Assembly: GCA_002413705.1 (NCBI GenBank)
Contig: DHXN01000011.1
Span: 162 to 64,161, forward strand
Direction of reading: 5' to 3'
DNA: 64,000 bases
Origin: Candidatus Nomurabacteria bacterium UBA5155
GTDB taxonomy: Bacteria; Patescibacteriota; Minisyncoccia; Phycocordibacterales; UBA9973
Shown: piece after piece, positions 1 through 9,478 of the stretch
How the letters are laid out: each line of letters begins with the position of its first letter
How positions within the stretch are numbered: the stretch's first letter is position 1
Position numbers and translations under genes: made by a program
Notes under the pieces: generated by a model
Told to the model about the DNA's origin: nothing
Databases searched by the model: none
The model's input: the letters and a program-made list of their open reading frames with translations, nothing else

Positions 1-2
1 GA

Positions 3-110
3 TACATTCTGCTGATATTTATTATATTGTTTGGTCTGGCAATGTGGGGACTTATTACTGCGCTCAATCAAAACACGCCAACATTAAATCAGGGATTAAC
101 AATCAGTTGA
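3..110 (+). CDS. 3' end of a membrane protein (partial, cut by window edge)
   Basis: Open frame YILLIFIILFGLAMWGLITALNQNTPTLNQGLTIS ending at TGA 108-110; hydrophobic helix. Confidence 0.5.
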   Translation, partial: YILLIFIILFGLAMWGLITALNQNTPTLNQGLTIS

Positions 111-146
111 TTGACAAGGTGGTTACAATAAAAGTACAGTAAAGGT

Positions 147-920
147 ATGAAAAGCACACCAGTCTCAAAAATAATTCTTATACTGTTACTCATTGCTGTT
201 TTGGCAGTGGTTGGTTTCTTTTTTTACTCTCATCAATCAAAAACCGCCATACCTGTCACTGTTTCAGAAAACACGCCGGTACCTTCTGCTGCAGACTGGC
301 CTTCTACTAAAGTCAGTGATGCAAATACAAACGATATCGGCAACTACTACACGATCCATACTACTTATCCTGTCACAAAAGACACAACGATCAACAACCA
401 TGTTAAAACATTTGTTGACAACAGTATTGCAGAGTTCAAGTCGGATACTTCATGGGCGGCAAACAATGGTGCAAATCAGGCACCGGCTGAAGCTTCGGGA
501 TTGCAGCTTACTATTACCTATACAGAACAGAAAAGTACCAATGCTGATAACTATATATTTTCCACCACTACCTATACTGGCGGAGCGCATGACCTGCAGG
601 CGACTAAAACATTTTCATTTTCTCCGATGGGACAAGTCATCAATATTGCTGCATTGTTTATCAATGGTGATGTTGGTTTGAAAACGATAGCTCCGTATGT
701 GAAAGCACAGCTCTCGACCATGTCAGACGCAGATGCAACCATGATCAGTGACGGCACTATGCCGACAGAAGCAAACTACGAAAACTTCACTGTGCAAAAT
801 GACGGTGTGACATTTATCTTCGATCCGTATCAAGTCGCTCCGTATTCAGACGGACAGCAAACAGTGAAGGTGCCGCTGTCAGTTTTCAAGAGTATCGCAA
901 GTACTGATTTGTTTAAATAG
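147..920 (+). CDS. DUF3298/RsiV-PdaC-like secreted or membrane-anchored protein
   Basis: N-terminal TM; YTGGAH motif; C-terminal FxFDPYQVAPYSDG typical of DUF3298. Confidence 0.75.
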   Translation: MKSTPVSKIILILLLIAVLAVVGFFFYSHQSKTAIPVTVSENTPVPSAADWPSTKVSDANTNDIGNYYTIHTTYPVTKDTTINNHVKTFVDNSIAEFKSDTSWAANNGANQAPAEASGLQLTITYTEQKSTNADNYIFSTTTYTGGAHDLQATKTFSFSPMGQVINIAALFINGDVGLKTIAPYVKAQLSTMSDADATMISDGTMPTEANYENFTVQNDGVTFIFDPYQVAPYSDGQQTVKVPLSVFKSIASTDLFK

Positions 921-1988
921 TTATTCGGTGGTGCGTTCGATCGGTGAGATATCCACGAGCAACGGTTCAATTTCATTGCCGGTACCGGTGATACGCATGA
1001 CATCTTTGTCCACTTTTTTCAATTCTTTTCCAGCGCTGCTGTAGTGATTTATCACGGTCGTGAGTGAGCCGCCAATTTTATTATGGTATTCCTCATACGC
1101 TTTCATATGTTTGCCGAGTTCTTCGACGCGCTTCACGATATCCTTGGCGCTCTCTTCGATCTGCATTGCACGCAGTCCTTGCAACACTGTTTGCAGGTAC
1201 GCCAAAAATGAAGTGGGGGAAACGATGATCACTTTCTTTTCAAATGCATATTGCACCAGGTCTTGCGTGTTGACTTTGATGCTGCCGACTTCTGCCACCA
1301 ACAAGTCATAGTAAATAGACTCGTGGGGGATAAACATAAATGCAAAGTCGAGCGTATTTTCTGCCGGACGAATATACTTTGAAGTTTCGTCGATACGTTT
1401 TTTGATGTCTTTGCGAAATTCATTGACGAATTGTTCCGGATCGCCACCGGCTTGATTGGTCTCGATGATGCGATTGTAATTTTCTAGAGAGAACTTGGAG
1501 TCGATGGGAATGATTTTATCTTTCACCATCACCACAGCGTCAACGATCTCACCATTGGCAAATTTGTATTGTGTCTGAAACGTTTTTGGCGGCAGCACTT
1601 TTGAAAGAATGGTTTCTAAATAGTATTCACCCAGGATTGTGCCACGTTGTTTTGGATTTTTCAGAATGTCTTGCAAATTGCGTAACTGGTCGGCGAAGTT
1701 CAAGACCTGTTTGTTACCTTCATCCAGACGCGTCAAACGCTCGGTGATATCACTGATGATGCTGGCTGACTGCGATGACTGATGCATCATTGATTCGCGA
1801 ATCGATTTTTCGGATTCACCGAGTTTTTGGTCGACAGTTTTTTGCAGTTCGGATACTTGCTGCATCAGTAATTGAAAGCCGGTGTTAGTATCTTCTTTCG
1901 CAGTTGGTTCATTTTTTTTGCTTTCTGCAAATAAGTAAACGATTACACCCCCAACCAATACTCCCAGCAAAATAAAAATAAATTCCAT
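921..1988 (-). CDS. rmuC: DNA recombination protein RmuC family
   Basis: N-terminal TM, coiled coil, NPKQRG..GE, IPIDSKF, AFMFIPHE, VIIVSPTS motifs. Confidence 0.9.
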   Translation of the reverse strand: MEFIFILLGVLVGGVIVYLFAESKKNEPTAKEDTNTGFQLLMQQVSELQKTVDQKLGESEKSIRESMMHQSSQSASIISDITERLTRLDEGNKQVLNFADQLRNLQDILKNPKQRGTILGEYYLETILSKVLPPKTFQTQYKFANGEIVDAVVMVKDKIIPIDSKFSLENYNRIIETNQAGGDPEQFVNEFRKDIKKRIDETSKYIRPAENTLDFAFMFIPHESIYYDLLVAEVGSIKVNTQDLVQYAFEKKVIIVSPTSFLAYLQTVLQGLRAMQIEESAKDIVKRVEELGKHMKAYEEYHNKIGGSLTTVINHYSSAGKELKKVDKDVMRITGTGNEIEPLLVDISPIERTTE

Positions 1989-1990
1989 AG

Positions 1991-2710
1991 TTAACTCACG
2001 TATTTTTCTAATGTATAAATCCAGTCTCTTTCATCCTTGTCACTTTTTCTTTTTTGATCGAGCAGCCATGACAGATAGCCGATATCGATACTTGCAACTT
2101 CAGCAATAGTTTTGCCGTTGTATTTGCCAAAATTGATGGTTTTGATTGCCAAAGGTTCGCTGCTGAGTTCAATCATTTTTGCAATCGCAGTTTCTTCATC
2201 GCAACTCCATTTCTTCATCGCTTCTTGAAGCTCATATTCAAAGATATGTTCAAGCACAAGTACATCGGCAAATGCTTCATGAGCAGAGACATCGAGATCA
2301 ATATCAAGCGCATAGCGAAGATATTGCAGTTTATGCATGGCAAATTTTCCTTCGTCATCAAGTGTTCGAATTGTTTTAAATGTGCACAAAAGATTTTTGA
2401 TCACAATGTCGTCATTTTTTAAAATCTGTTCATCAAATGTGGCATTGTGCGCAACGCAAATGGTGTTGTCATCTTCAAACAGTGCTTTGAGACCGGCATA
2501 CTCGGGCGCGTCTTTAAATGATGGTCGATCAGCAACCATTTTGTTTGAAATGTGGTGAATGGCTGAACATTCAAATGGAATCGGTACTGGTGGTTTATAT
2601 AGTGCGTCAATAATAGCTTCGGCCGCACCGCGTTCTTTCACTGCCAGCTGGCAAAGAAAGTCTTTCGGACCGTTGCCAGTTGTTTCTGTATCAAAAAAGA
2701 TTATTTTCAT
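1991..2710 (-). CDS. DEDDh 3'-5' exonuclease (ExoX-like) with C-terminal FGKY domain
   Basis: FFDTETTG, VAHNATFD, AHEAFADV, FGKYNGKT; start moved to ATG 2710, which follows a TGGTATAAT box. Confidence 0.85.
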   Translation of the reverse strand: MKIIFFDTETTGNGPKDFLCQLAVKERGAAEAIIDALYKPPVPIPFECSAIHHISNKMVADRPSFKDAPEYAGLKALFEDDNTICVAHNATFDEQILKNDDIVIKNLLCTFKTIRTLDDEGKFAMHKLQYLRYALDIDLDVSAHEAFADVLVLEHIFEYELQEAMKKWSCDEETAIAKMIELSSEPLAIKTINFGKYNGKTIAEVASIDIGYLSWLLDQKRKSDKDERDWIYTLEKYVS

Positions 2711-2740
2711 AGTGCTATTATACCATGCTATAATTTGCAT
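2711..2740. promoter_or_regulatory. Back-to-back extended -10 promoters for the divergent exonuclease and YqeY genes
   Basis: Minus strand TGGTATAAT (2717-2725)-N6-ATG; plus strand TGCTATAAT (2726-2734)-N6-ATG. Confidence 0.7.
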
Positions 2741-3193
2741 ATGATTATTGCCACAGAAGTACGCGAAGGAATGAAACAAGCCATGCGAGACAAGGATCAA
2801 GTTGCGCTTGATACCTATCGAGGAGTGCTCAGTGCATTTACCAATGAATTGGTCAGCACAGGTAAAACTCCGCAAGATGAAGTGACCGATGACATGGCAT
2901 TGAAAGTGATTTTGAAGCTGATCAAACAGCGCAAAGATGCGATCACGCAATTTGAAGCCGGCGGTCGCGCAGACCTGGCTGCTGAAGAAAAAGCGCAGCT
3001 GGCACTGCTTGAAAAATTCCAGCCGGCACAAATGAGCGAAGCGGATATTCGTGTCATTGCAGAGCGCAAAAAAGCCGAGCTTAATGTTACCGATCCGTCG
3101 AAGTCGGGCATTCTGACCGGCGCTGTGATGAAAGAAGTTGCAGGGCAAGCCGATGGCGGTATTGTTAAATTAATCGTTGATTCACTTTTTTAA
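2741..3193 (+). CDS. GatB/YqeY domain protein
   Basis: MKQAMRDKD..., KQRKDAITQFEAGGRADLA, VMKEVAGQADG. Confidence 0.9.
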   Translation: MIIATEVREGMKQAMRDKDQVALDTYRGVLSAFTNELVSTGKTPQDEVTDDMALKVILKLIKQRKDAITQFEAGGRADLAAEEKAQLALLEKFQPAQMSEADIRVIAERKKAELNVTDPSKSGILTGAVMKEVAGQADGGIVKLIVDSLF

Positions 3194-3196
3194 CAT

Positions 3197-3529
3197 ATGA
3201 TTTTACTTCGTTGGTTCATCACAACACTGGCAATATTTGCACTACCATATTTTGTCGCAGGTATCAGTGTGCATAGTATCCTCACCGCAGTGATTGTTGC
3301 GGCCTGTTTGGTGTTTTTGAATATGGTGGTGAAGCCTGTCGTCACACTGCTGACACTTCCGTTGAATATTCTGACATTGGGACTGTTCTCTATTATTATC
3401 AACGGCGCATTCTTTTGGTTTGTCGCGCAAATCATCACCGGCTTCACTGTTGCAAACTTCATCGCGGCGATTGTCGGCGCATTGGTTATCTCTATTATCA
3501 ATTGGATCATCGGTCACTTTATCGACTAA
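3197..3529 (+). CDS. YvlD-like 4-TM membrane protein (phage holin 4_2 family)
   Basis: LNxxVKPVVTLLTLPLNILTLGLFSIIING signature. Confidence 0.85.
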   Translation: MILLRWFITTLAIFALPYFVAGISVHSILTAVIVAACLVFLNMVVKPVVTLLTLPLNILTLGLFSIIINGAFFWFVAQIITGFTVANFIAAIVGALVISIINWIIGHFID

Positions 3530-3531
3530 AT

Positions 3532-4416
3532 ATGGAACCGATCACTATCGTCACGCATGACGGCACATTTCATACCGATGATGTTTTTGCCTGCGCAACG
3601 CTGTCGCTTTTTTTCAAAGACAGAGAGGTTGAAATTACTCGCTCACGTTTGGAAAATAGTATCGAAGCCGCAGATATCGTCGTTGATGTCGGAGGAATCT
3701 ATGATGCAAGCAAAGGACGATTTGATCATCATCAAAAAGGCGGCGCGGCAATGCGAAACAACGGCATACCATACGCATCGTTTGGTTTGGTTTGGAAAGA
3801 ATACGGACAGGCGCTGACAGGAAATATTGAGTCAGCAAAATTTATTGATGAGCAGTTGGTGCAAGGCATTGATGGTGCTGACAATGGCGTGTTGAACAAA
3901 GTTGCTGACAACGGTGTCTATTGCTATTCAGTCATCGACATCATCAGCTCGATGCGAAAGACGTGGGAAGAAACACATACCATGGACGAAGCATTTATGG
4001 ATGCGGTCAATATGGCGACAATAATTTTGGAACGCATGCTCGCTCATGCGCAGAGTTATGCTCAAGCGCAGGACATATTGGAAACTGCCTATGTGCAATC
4101 CGTCGATAAACAGATCATTGATATTGGTACTGAATATCCTGGATGGTATGAATTGATGGCAAATCATCCGGAACCATTGTTTGTGGTCTATCAGCGAGAA
4201 GACGGCAAGTGGAGTGCCAAAGCGGTGCGAAGCAATCCGATCGAGTTTGCTGCCCGAAAACCATTTCCTGAAGCCTGGGCAGGACTTCGTGATGAAGAAT
4301 TACAACAAATCTCCGGGGTGGTGGATGCAATTTTCTGTCACAATGGTCGTTTTATTGCAGTGGCGCAAAGTCGAGCAGGGGTCATAGAACTTGCTCAAAA
4401 GGCAATAATCCTATAG
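3532..4416 (+). CDS. MYG1 family exonuclease
   Basis: VTHDGTFHTDD, VVDVGGIYD, FDHHQ, PEAWAGL, AIFCHNGRFIA. Confidence 0.9.
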   Translation: MEPITIVTHDGTFHTDDVFACATLSLFFKDREVEITRSRLENSIEAADIVVDVGGIYDASKGRFDHHQKGGAAMRNNGIPYASFGLVWKEYGQALTGNIESAKFIDEQLVQGIDGADNGVLNKVADNGVYCYSVIDIISSMRKTWEETHTMDEAFMDAVNMATIILERMLAHAQSYAQAQDILETAYVQSVDKQIIDIGTEYPGWYELMANHPEPLFVVYQREDGKWSAKAVRSNPIEFAARKPFPEAWAGLRDEELQQISGVVDAIFCHNGRFIAVAQSRAGVIELAQKAIIL

Positions 4417-4440
4417 GATGTCAACTCAAGTAACAACACT

Positions 4441-5427
4441 ATGGCATTTTTAGATGAAATAACAATTGAAGCAGCTGCAGGGAAAGGCGGAGACGGTGTC
4501 GTGCAATGGCGTCGTGAGAAGTTCATTGCCAAGGGCGGACCAAACGGCGGTGACGGAGGACGCGGTGGGCATGTCTATATTCGTGCCGTGCGCAGCTTTC
4601 GCGTACTCGACCAGTATCGCAGCAAAAAAGAATTTTTAGCAGAAGATGGCAAACCGGGCGGCAGTCGCAGCTTCACTGGTGCTGACGGTGATCGTCTGAC
4701 GATTGATTTTCCGGTAGGGTCTCTGGTGACCAATGTGACGACCGGCGCGACATACGATCTCAATAAAGAAGGATTGGAATTTAAAATCCTCACAGGCGGT
4801 AACGGCGGTTTTGGTAACGAGCACTTCAAAAGTTCTACCAATCAGGCACCTGACAAAGCGACGAAAGGATGGCCGGGCGATCGCGCCGAGCTGCATATTG
4901 TCATTTCACTGATCGCTGATGTGGGGTTGATTGGCTTTCCCAATGCTGGTAAATCAAGTCTTTTAAATATTATTACCAATGCTCAAGCCAAAGTTGGCGA
5001 CTATCCGTTTACGACACTTGATCCGAACCTTGGTGATTTGTACGGCTACATCATCGCTGATATTCCAGGATTGATTGAAGGTGCAAGTGAGGGTAAAGGT
5101 CTTGGTCACAAATTCTTGCGACACATTTCAAAAACAAAAGTGTTGGTGCATCTTGTGTCATTTGAACAAGCCAACATGATGAAGTCATACGAAACCATTC
5201 GCAGCGAACTTGAAAAGTTTGACGGCAAGCTTGATGAAAAAGAAGAAATTATTTTGCTGACCAAAACTGACACTGTGTCAGAAGAAGTGGTTGAAGCAAC
5301 CATAAAGAAATTTAAAAAACTCGGCAAACCGGTCTTTGCTGTGACATTGTTTGATGACAGCAGTATCAAAGTGTTCAGTGACGAGCTGGTACGATTTTTG
5401 AAGAAAGATAACGAAACAGAGCAATAA
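4441..5427 (+). CDS. obgE: GTPase ObgE/CgtA
   Basis: Gly-rich Obg fold, [25 protein letters not shown]. Confidence 0.97.
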   Translation: MAFLDEITIEAAAGKGGDGVVQWRREKFIAKGGPNGGDGGRGGHVYIRAVRSFRVLDQYRSKKEFLAEDGKPGGSRSFTGADGDRLTIDFPVGSLVTNVTTGATYDLNKEGLEFKILTGGNGGFGNEHFKSSTNQAPDKATKGWPGDRAELHIVISLIADVGLIGFPNAGKSSLLNIITNAQAKVGDYPFTTLDPNLGDLYGYIIADIPGLIEGASEGKGLGHKFLRHISKTKVLVHLVSFEQANMMKSYETIRSELEKFDGKLDEKEEIILLTKTDTVSEEVVEATIKKFKKLGKPVFAVTLFDDSSIKVFSDELVRFLKKDNETEQ

Positions 5428-5457
5428 AAAAGCCTTCGCATGTGCGAAGGCTTTTTT
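5426..5457. terminator. Bidirectional intrinsic terminator
   Basis: AAAAAAGCCTTCGCA-TG-TGCGAAGGCTTTTTT between convergent genes. Confidence 0.85.
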
Positions 5458-5477
5458 GTTTTTTGCAAGCTTTTTGG

Positions 5478-5669
5478 TTAGGTAGACTTTTTTCTTCGCT
5501 GCCTATAACCATTTTTACCGACTCGTACATCAATATAAAACGGGTCGTCAATTTCAATTTTGCCTGGATTTTCCAGCGACTGGTCTATTGCTGGGCCAAA
5601 TGTCAAAAAAGCAGCGAGTGCCTGACTCATGGAGTCGGCATTCAGAATTAAGTGTTGAGCTACTTGCAT
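5478..5669 (-). CDS. Small hypothetical protein (63 aa)
   Basis: Fills the gap between obgE and gatB; upstream TTGACG-N16-TAGGAT; ends just before the terminator. Confidence 0.5.
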   Translation of the reverse strand: MQVAQHLILNADSMSQALAAFLTFGPAIDQSLENPGKIEIDDPFYIDVRVGKNGYRQRRKKST

Positions 5670-5767
5670 AAGTGTTTGGTTTTAAAATGTTTTTCTTAAT
5701 CCTACTACTTTCACCACATCCGTCAATACCCGCTGAATATTTTTAATTTTCATGTATAATCATTTCC

Positions 5768-7180
5768 ATGAGTAAAATCTACTATCCTGTCATTGGTCTG
5801 GAAATTCACGCAGAATTGAACACAAAAAGTAAGATGTTTTGTGCTTGCAAAAACGATCCTGACGAGACATCTCCCAATGTAAATATTTGTCCGATTTGTA
5901 TGGCGCACCCCGGCACGCTACCGGTGGCGAACAAGCAGGCTGTGCAGTCAGTCATCAAAGTTGGTTTAGCGCTTGGCGCAAACGTTGCCGACTTCACCGA
6001 ATTTGATCGCAAGAACTATTTTTATCCGGACATTCCCAAAGGCTATCAGATTTCTCAATATAAATATCCGATCGTATCGGGTGGGGAACTAAACGGTTTT
6101 GGCATCACTCGCGTGCATCTTGAAGAAGACACAGGACTTTCAAAACATGATCGCGGTAACTTCACGCTCGTCGACTACAACCGCGCCGGTGTGCCATTGA
6201 TGGAGCTGGTGACAGAGCCGGTGATTCACAGTGCCAAAGATGCGGCTGACTTTGCAAAAGAATTGCAATTACTCCTGCGCGCGCTTGGCGTATCGGAAGC
6301 AAATTTGGAAAAAGGCGAAATGCGTGTGGAACCGAACATCTCTGTTTCGGATACCGAGGGAGTATTTGGCACAAAAGTTGAGGTGAAAAATTTGAACTCA
6401 TTTAGAAGTGTCGAGCGCGCGATTGAGCATGAGCTGGCACGCATGATCGCGCTATATGAAGCCGGACGCGCAGATGAGATTGTACAGGAGACACGCGGTT
6501 GGGATGAAACCAAGCAAACAACATTCTCACAGCGATCAAAAGAAAATGCTCACGACTATCGCTATTTCCCGGATCCTGACCTGCCAAAAATGAAACTGCA
6601 CAGTGCGTTTGATATTGATACGATGCGCGCAACATTACCAGAATTGCCATGGAGCAAGCGTGTTCGCTATGCTAAAGATTTTGGCATCAAAGAAAACGAT
6701 ATTGAATTGTATGTATCCGATCCGACACTGTCTGCATATTTTGAATCTGTAGTAGAAGGCAAAGATGCTGCATTTGCGCAATTAGCTTCAAACTATTTGA
6801 GCAGTGATGTCATTGGTTTGATGAAAAAAGATGCTGAAGCAAAACTGCCAAATAAAGATCACTTCATTGAGCTGATTGTGATGGTAACAGATGGACAGGT
6901 GACTTCTCGCGGAGCAAAAGATATTTTGGCAGTGATTGTGAAAAATCTTGAGATCAGTCCAAAAGCGATTGCAGAAAAAGAAGGTCTATTGCAGCAAAAT
7001 GATGAAGGATCACTGAAGCCAATCATTGAACAAGTCATCAAAGAAAATGCCACGATGGTGACTCAATATAAAGAGGGTAAAGAGGCTGTGCTGCAAGCCC
7101 TTGTTGGTATGGTGATGAAAATCACAAAAGGAAGTGCTAATCCGGCAGTGACCGCAAAACTTCTGAAAGAGATAATGTAA
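5768..7180 (+). CDS. gatB: Asp/Glu-tRNA amidotransferase subunit B
   Basis: IGLEIHAEL, FDRKNYFYPD, HLEED, DYNRAGVPLMELVTEP, DYRYFPDPDL. Confidence 0.97.
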   Translation: MSKIYYPVIGLEIHAELNTKSKMFCACKNDPDETSPNVNICPICMAHPGTLPVANKQAVQSVIKVGLALGANVADFTEFDRKNYFYPDIPKGYQISQYKYPIVSGGELNGFGITRVHLEEDTGLSKHDRGNFTLVDYNRAGVPLMELVTEPVIHSAKDAADFAKELQLLLRALGVSEANLEKGEMRVEPNISVSDTEGVFGTKVEVKNLNSFRSVERAIEHELARMIALYEAGRADEIVQETRGWDETKQTTFSQRSKENAHDYRYFPDPDLPKMKLHSAFDIDTMRATLPELPWSKRVRYAKDFGIKENDIELYVSDPTLSAYFESVVEGKDAAFAQLASNYLSSDVIGLMKKDAEAKLPNKDHFIELIVMVTDGQVTSRGAKDILAVIVKNLEISPKAIAEKEGLLQQNDEGSLKPIIEQVIKENATMVTQYKEGKEAVLQALVGMVMKITKGSANPAVTAKLLKEIM

Positions 7181-7194
7181 TTATTGGGAAATAA

Positions 7195-7226
7195 AAAAAG
7201 GGTCGCAACATATTGCGACCCTTTTT
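7195..7226. terminator. Bidirectional intrinsic terminator
   Basis: AAAAAGGGTCGCAA-CATA-TTGCGACCCTTTTT. Confidence 0.85.
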
Positions 7227-7231
7227 GTGTA

Positions 7232-7702
7232 TCAATGACACACAAGGTTTTTTTCAATAAAGGTCAGAGTGAGTAATGTACCGTTTGATCTTGATCTTAT
7301 CTCCATAAAATCTTTGAAAAAATAAAAAGCATCTTCAAAATGCATTAAAAATTCGCCCTGCGTGATTTGGAATTTTTTAAGATGTTTTTCCGAAATTGTT
7401 ACGCTGGGGATGTATTGTCTACCTTCGAGATACCGTGTAAAGACGGTATCACTTATCAGTTCTAATGCAGTTTTATGTCTAGCCTTATATAATTCAGCGG
7501 ACAGAAATTTTTTTACGAAGACTGACGGAATACTTTGAAGGATGCTTGCATGGAACGGTCGGAAAAAATACTTTTCAATTTCTTGCTCGTACAAGGTTTT
7601 GTCTTCATCGTGAAGGAATCGCAGTTCTTTCGCATGTTCCCATAATGCTGCTGACCACCTTTGGTCGCAAGGCGGAAATTCTTTAATCATTATCTCATTC
7701 AT
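7232..7702 (-). CDS. Hypothetical protein (156 aa)
   Basis: Start MNEIMIK at 7702; upstream TTGACA-N16-TAAGGT promoter; ends at terminator. Confidence 0.6.
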   Translation of the reverse strand: MNEIMIKEFPPCDQRWSAALWEHAKELRFLHDEDKTLYEQEIEKYFFRPFHASILQSIPSVFVKKFLSAELYKARHKTALELISDTVFTRYLEGRQYIPSVTISEKHLKKFQITQGEFLMHFEDAFYFFKDFMEIRSRSNGTLLTLTFIEKNLVCH

Positions 7703-7790
7703 TTTTATAAGTGCTTTTTCTTTTACCTTACCATACAAGCACGGTATGTCAATAACAAGGGTACGTTCACGTGGGTGATATACTGTTGCC

Positions 7791-8846
7791 ATGGATACAA
7801 CAACAAACACAACAACAAATGGAGTTATTAGAGTGGCGATTAATGGATTTGGAAGAATTGGTCGAGCATTTTTGAAAATCGCATGGCTACGACCAGAAAT
7901 TGAAATCGTGGCAGTAAATGATCTCGGCACATTGGAAAGTTTGGCATACTTGTTGCGTCACGATACTGTCTATCGCAATTGGGAACATGATGTGAAGATC
8001 GTTGATGGCGGGCTGTCCATCGATGGCAAGATGGTGAAATTCGTTTCCGAAAAGGACACGACCAAGCTGCCGTGGAAAGATCTCGGCATCGATGTTGTTG
8101 TCGAATCAACCGGATTGTTCACTTCATATGACAAGGCCAAGTTCCATATTGAGGACGGCGCAAAGCGCGTGGTGATCTCAGCACCAGCCAAAGACGAAGC
8201 CGGAGCACAGCAGGCAGCTACTATCTTGCTCGGCGTGAACGAGGAAAAGTTCGGCACCTGTGATATCACTTCCAACGCTTCATGTACTACAAACGCCTCA
8301 AGTCCACTGATCGGCATCATGAACGAAGCGATCGGCATCGAGAAGGCAATCTTGAACACCGTACACGGCTACACTGCGTCTCAGGCGCTCGTTGACGGGC
8401 CAAGCAAGAAAGACTTGCGCGAAGGCCGTGCAGCAGCGCAAAACATCGTGCCAAGCTCTACCGGCGCGGCGATTGCTGTCACTCAGGCATATCCGGCACT
8501 GCAGGGATTGTTCGATGGTATCTCTATCCGCGTGCCAGTGCCAGCCGGCTCTATCGTTGATGTCACGTTTATCGCGAAGCGCGACACGACCGCTGAAGAA
8601 GTAAACCAAATTCTTATCAAGGCGGCAGCAGACCCTCGCTGGGCCGGAGTATTTTCTGTCACTGACGAGCCGCTCGTCTCAAGCGACATTCTTGGCAATC
8701 GCCACGCATCGATCGCCGACCTTGCCATGACGCGCGTCGTTGGCGGCAACCTCGTGAAGGTCATGGGCTGGTATGACAATGAGATGGGGTATACGTACAC
8801 GCTCGTGGATCACGTGATCAAGACAGGGAAGACGATACAGAAGTAG
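7791..8846 (+). CDS. gap: Type I glyceraldehyde-3-phosphate dehydrogenase
   Basis: AINGFGRIGR, SNASCTTN, WYDNEMGY. Confidence 0.97.
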   Translation: MDTTTNTTTNGVIRVAINGFGRIGRAFLKIAWLRPEIEIVAVNDLGTLESLAYLLRHDTVYRNWEHDVKIVDGGLSIDGKMVKFVSEKDTTKLPWKDLGIDVVVESTGLFTSYDKAKFHIEDGAKRVVISAPAKDEAGAQQAATILLGVNEEKFGTCDITSNASCTTNASSPLIGIMNEAIGIEKAILNTVHGYTASQALVDGPSKKDLREGRAAAQNIVPSSTGAAIAVTQAYPALQGLFDGISIRVPVPAGSIVDVTFIAKRDTTAEEVNQILIKAAADPRWAGVFSVTDEPLVSSDILGNRHASIADLAMTRVVGGNLVKVMGWYDNEMGYTYTLVDHVIKTGKTIQK

Positions 8847-8860
8847 TTTTCACAATATTG

Positions 8861-8892
8861 ATGTAAAAAGCCCTAAATAGGGCTTTTTACAT
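8861..8892 (+). terminator. Intrinsic terminator after gap
   Basis: ATGTAAAAAGCCCTA-AA-TAGGGCTTTTTACAT. Confidence 0.8.
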
Positions 8893-9010
8893 TGCCATTG
8901 ACTTTTATCTACAATTGTGCTATTATATAAACATAGTTCTTTACAATGTTTTATGGTTTTTCCAGAAATTCTTATCTCACGCAGGAATTTGCGGTAAAAC
9001 CATAAAGCAC

Positions 9011-9406
9011 ATGAAAACTCAAAAATTAGTACTTATCGCAGTATTTACATTACTTTTTGCCACCACTGTTAAGGCTCAAAGATATACAACAAGTGTTGTA
9101 TCCAGCCGAATGACCTTTAATGAAGTCGTTGTAAATTATCCAGTTGTTGCATTTAGCTATAACTCTCAAAATTTACAATTACTTTCTGACTTGATGAAAG
9201 CTCAGTCAGGTGGGAGAGCTGGTGCTCTGAATACTGGAAAGGGAAACCTCTTCATCTTTCAGAGAAAAAATGACGATGGGTCAACTTATCTTGAAATGCG
9301 TTTTGTGTTTTGGTCAGCCAGATCAAATGCATGGCGTATCGCTATCGATGATGCGACTCACATCACTCATATTAATCCTGGGGTGATAATCTTCAGTAAG
9401 GCCTAA
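9011..9406 (+). CDS. Hypothetical secreted protein
   Basis: Signal peptide MKTQKLVLIAVFTLLFATTVKA; upstream TTGACT...TGCTATTAT promoter at 8898-8926. Confidence 0.65.
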   Translation: MKTQKLVLIAVFTLLFATTVKAQRYTTSVVSSRMTFNEVVVNYPVVAFSYNSQNLQLLSDLMKAQSGGRAGALNTGKGNLFIFQRKNDDGSTYLEMRFVFWSARSNAWRIAIDDATHITHINPGVIIFSKA

Positions 9407-9478
9407 GTAAAATGTACCGATAGAAATATCATGAGCCACATATACATAATATGTGGTTTTTTTGTTATAATCTTATAT

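Noticed and set aside
2711-3148. Long N-terminal extension of the exonuclease ORF (similar cases at 3415, 7930, 50405, 57914)
   Set aside because: Overlaps genuine neighbouring genes; homology and promoter boxes start at downstream ATGs.
3197-3529. Holin-family gene as evidence of a prophage
   Set aside because: The YvlD-like family is commonly chromosomal; no integrase, terminase or capsid genes are present.
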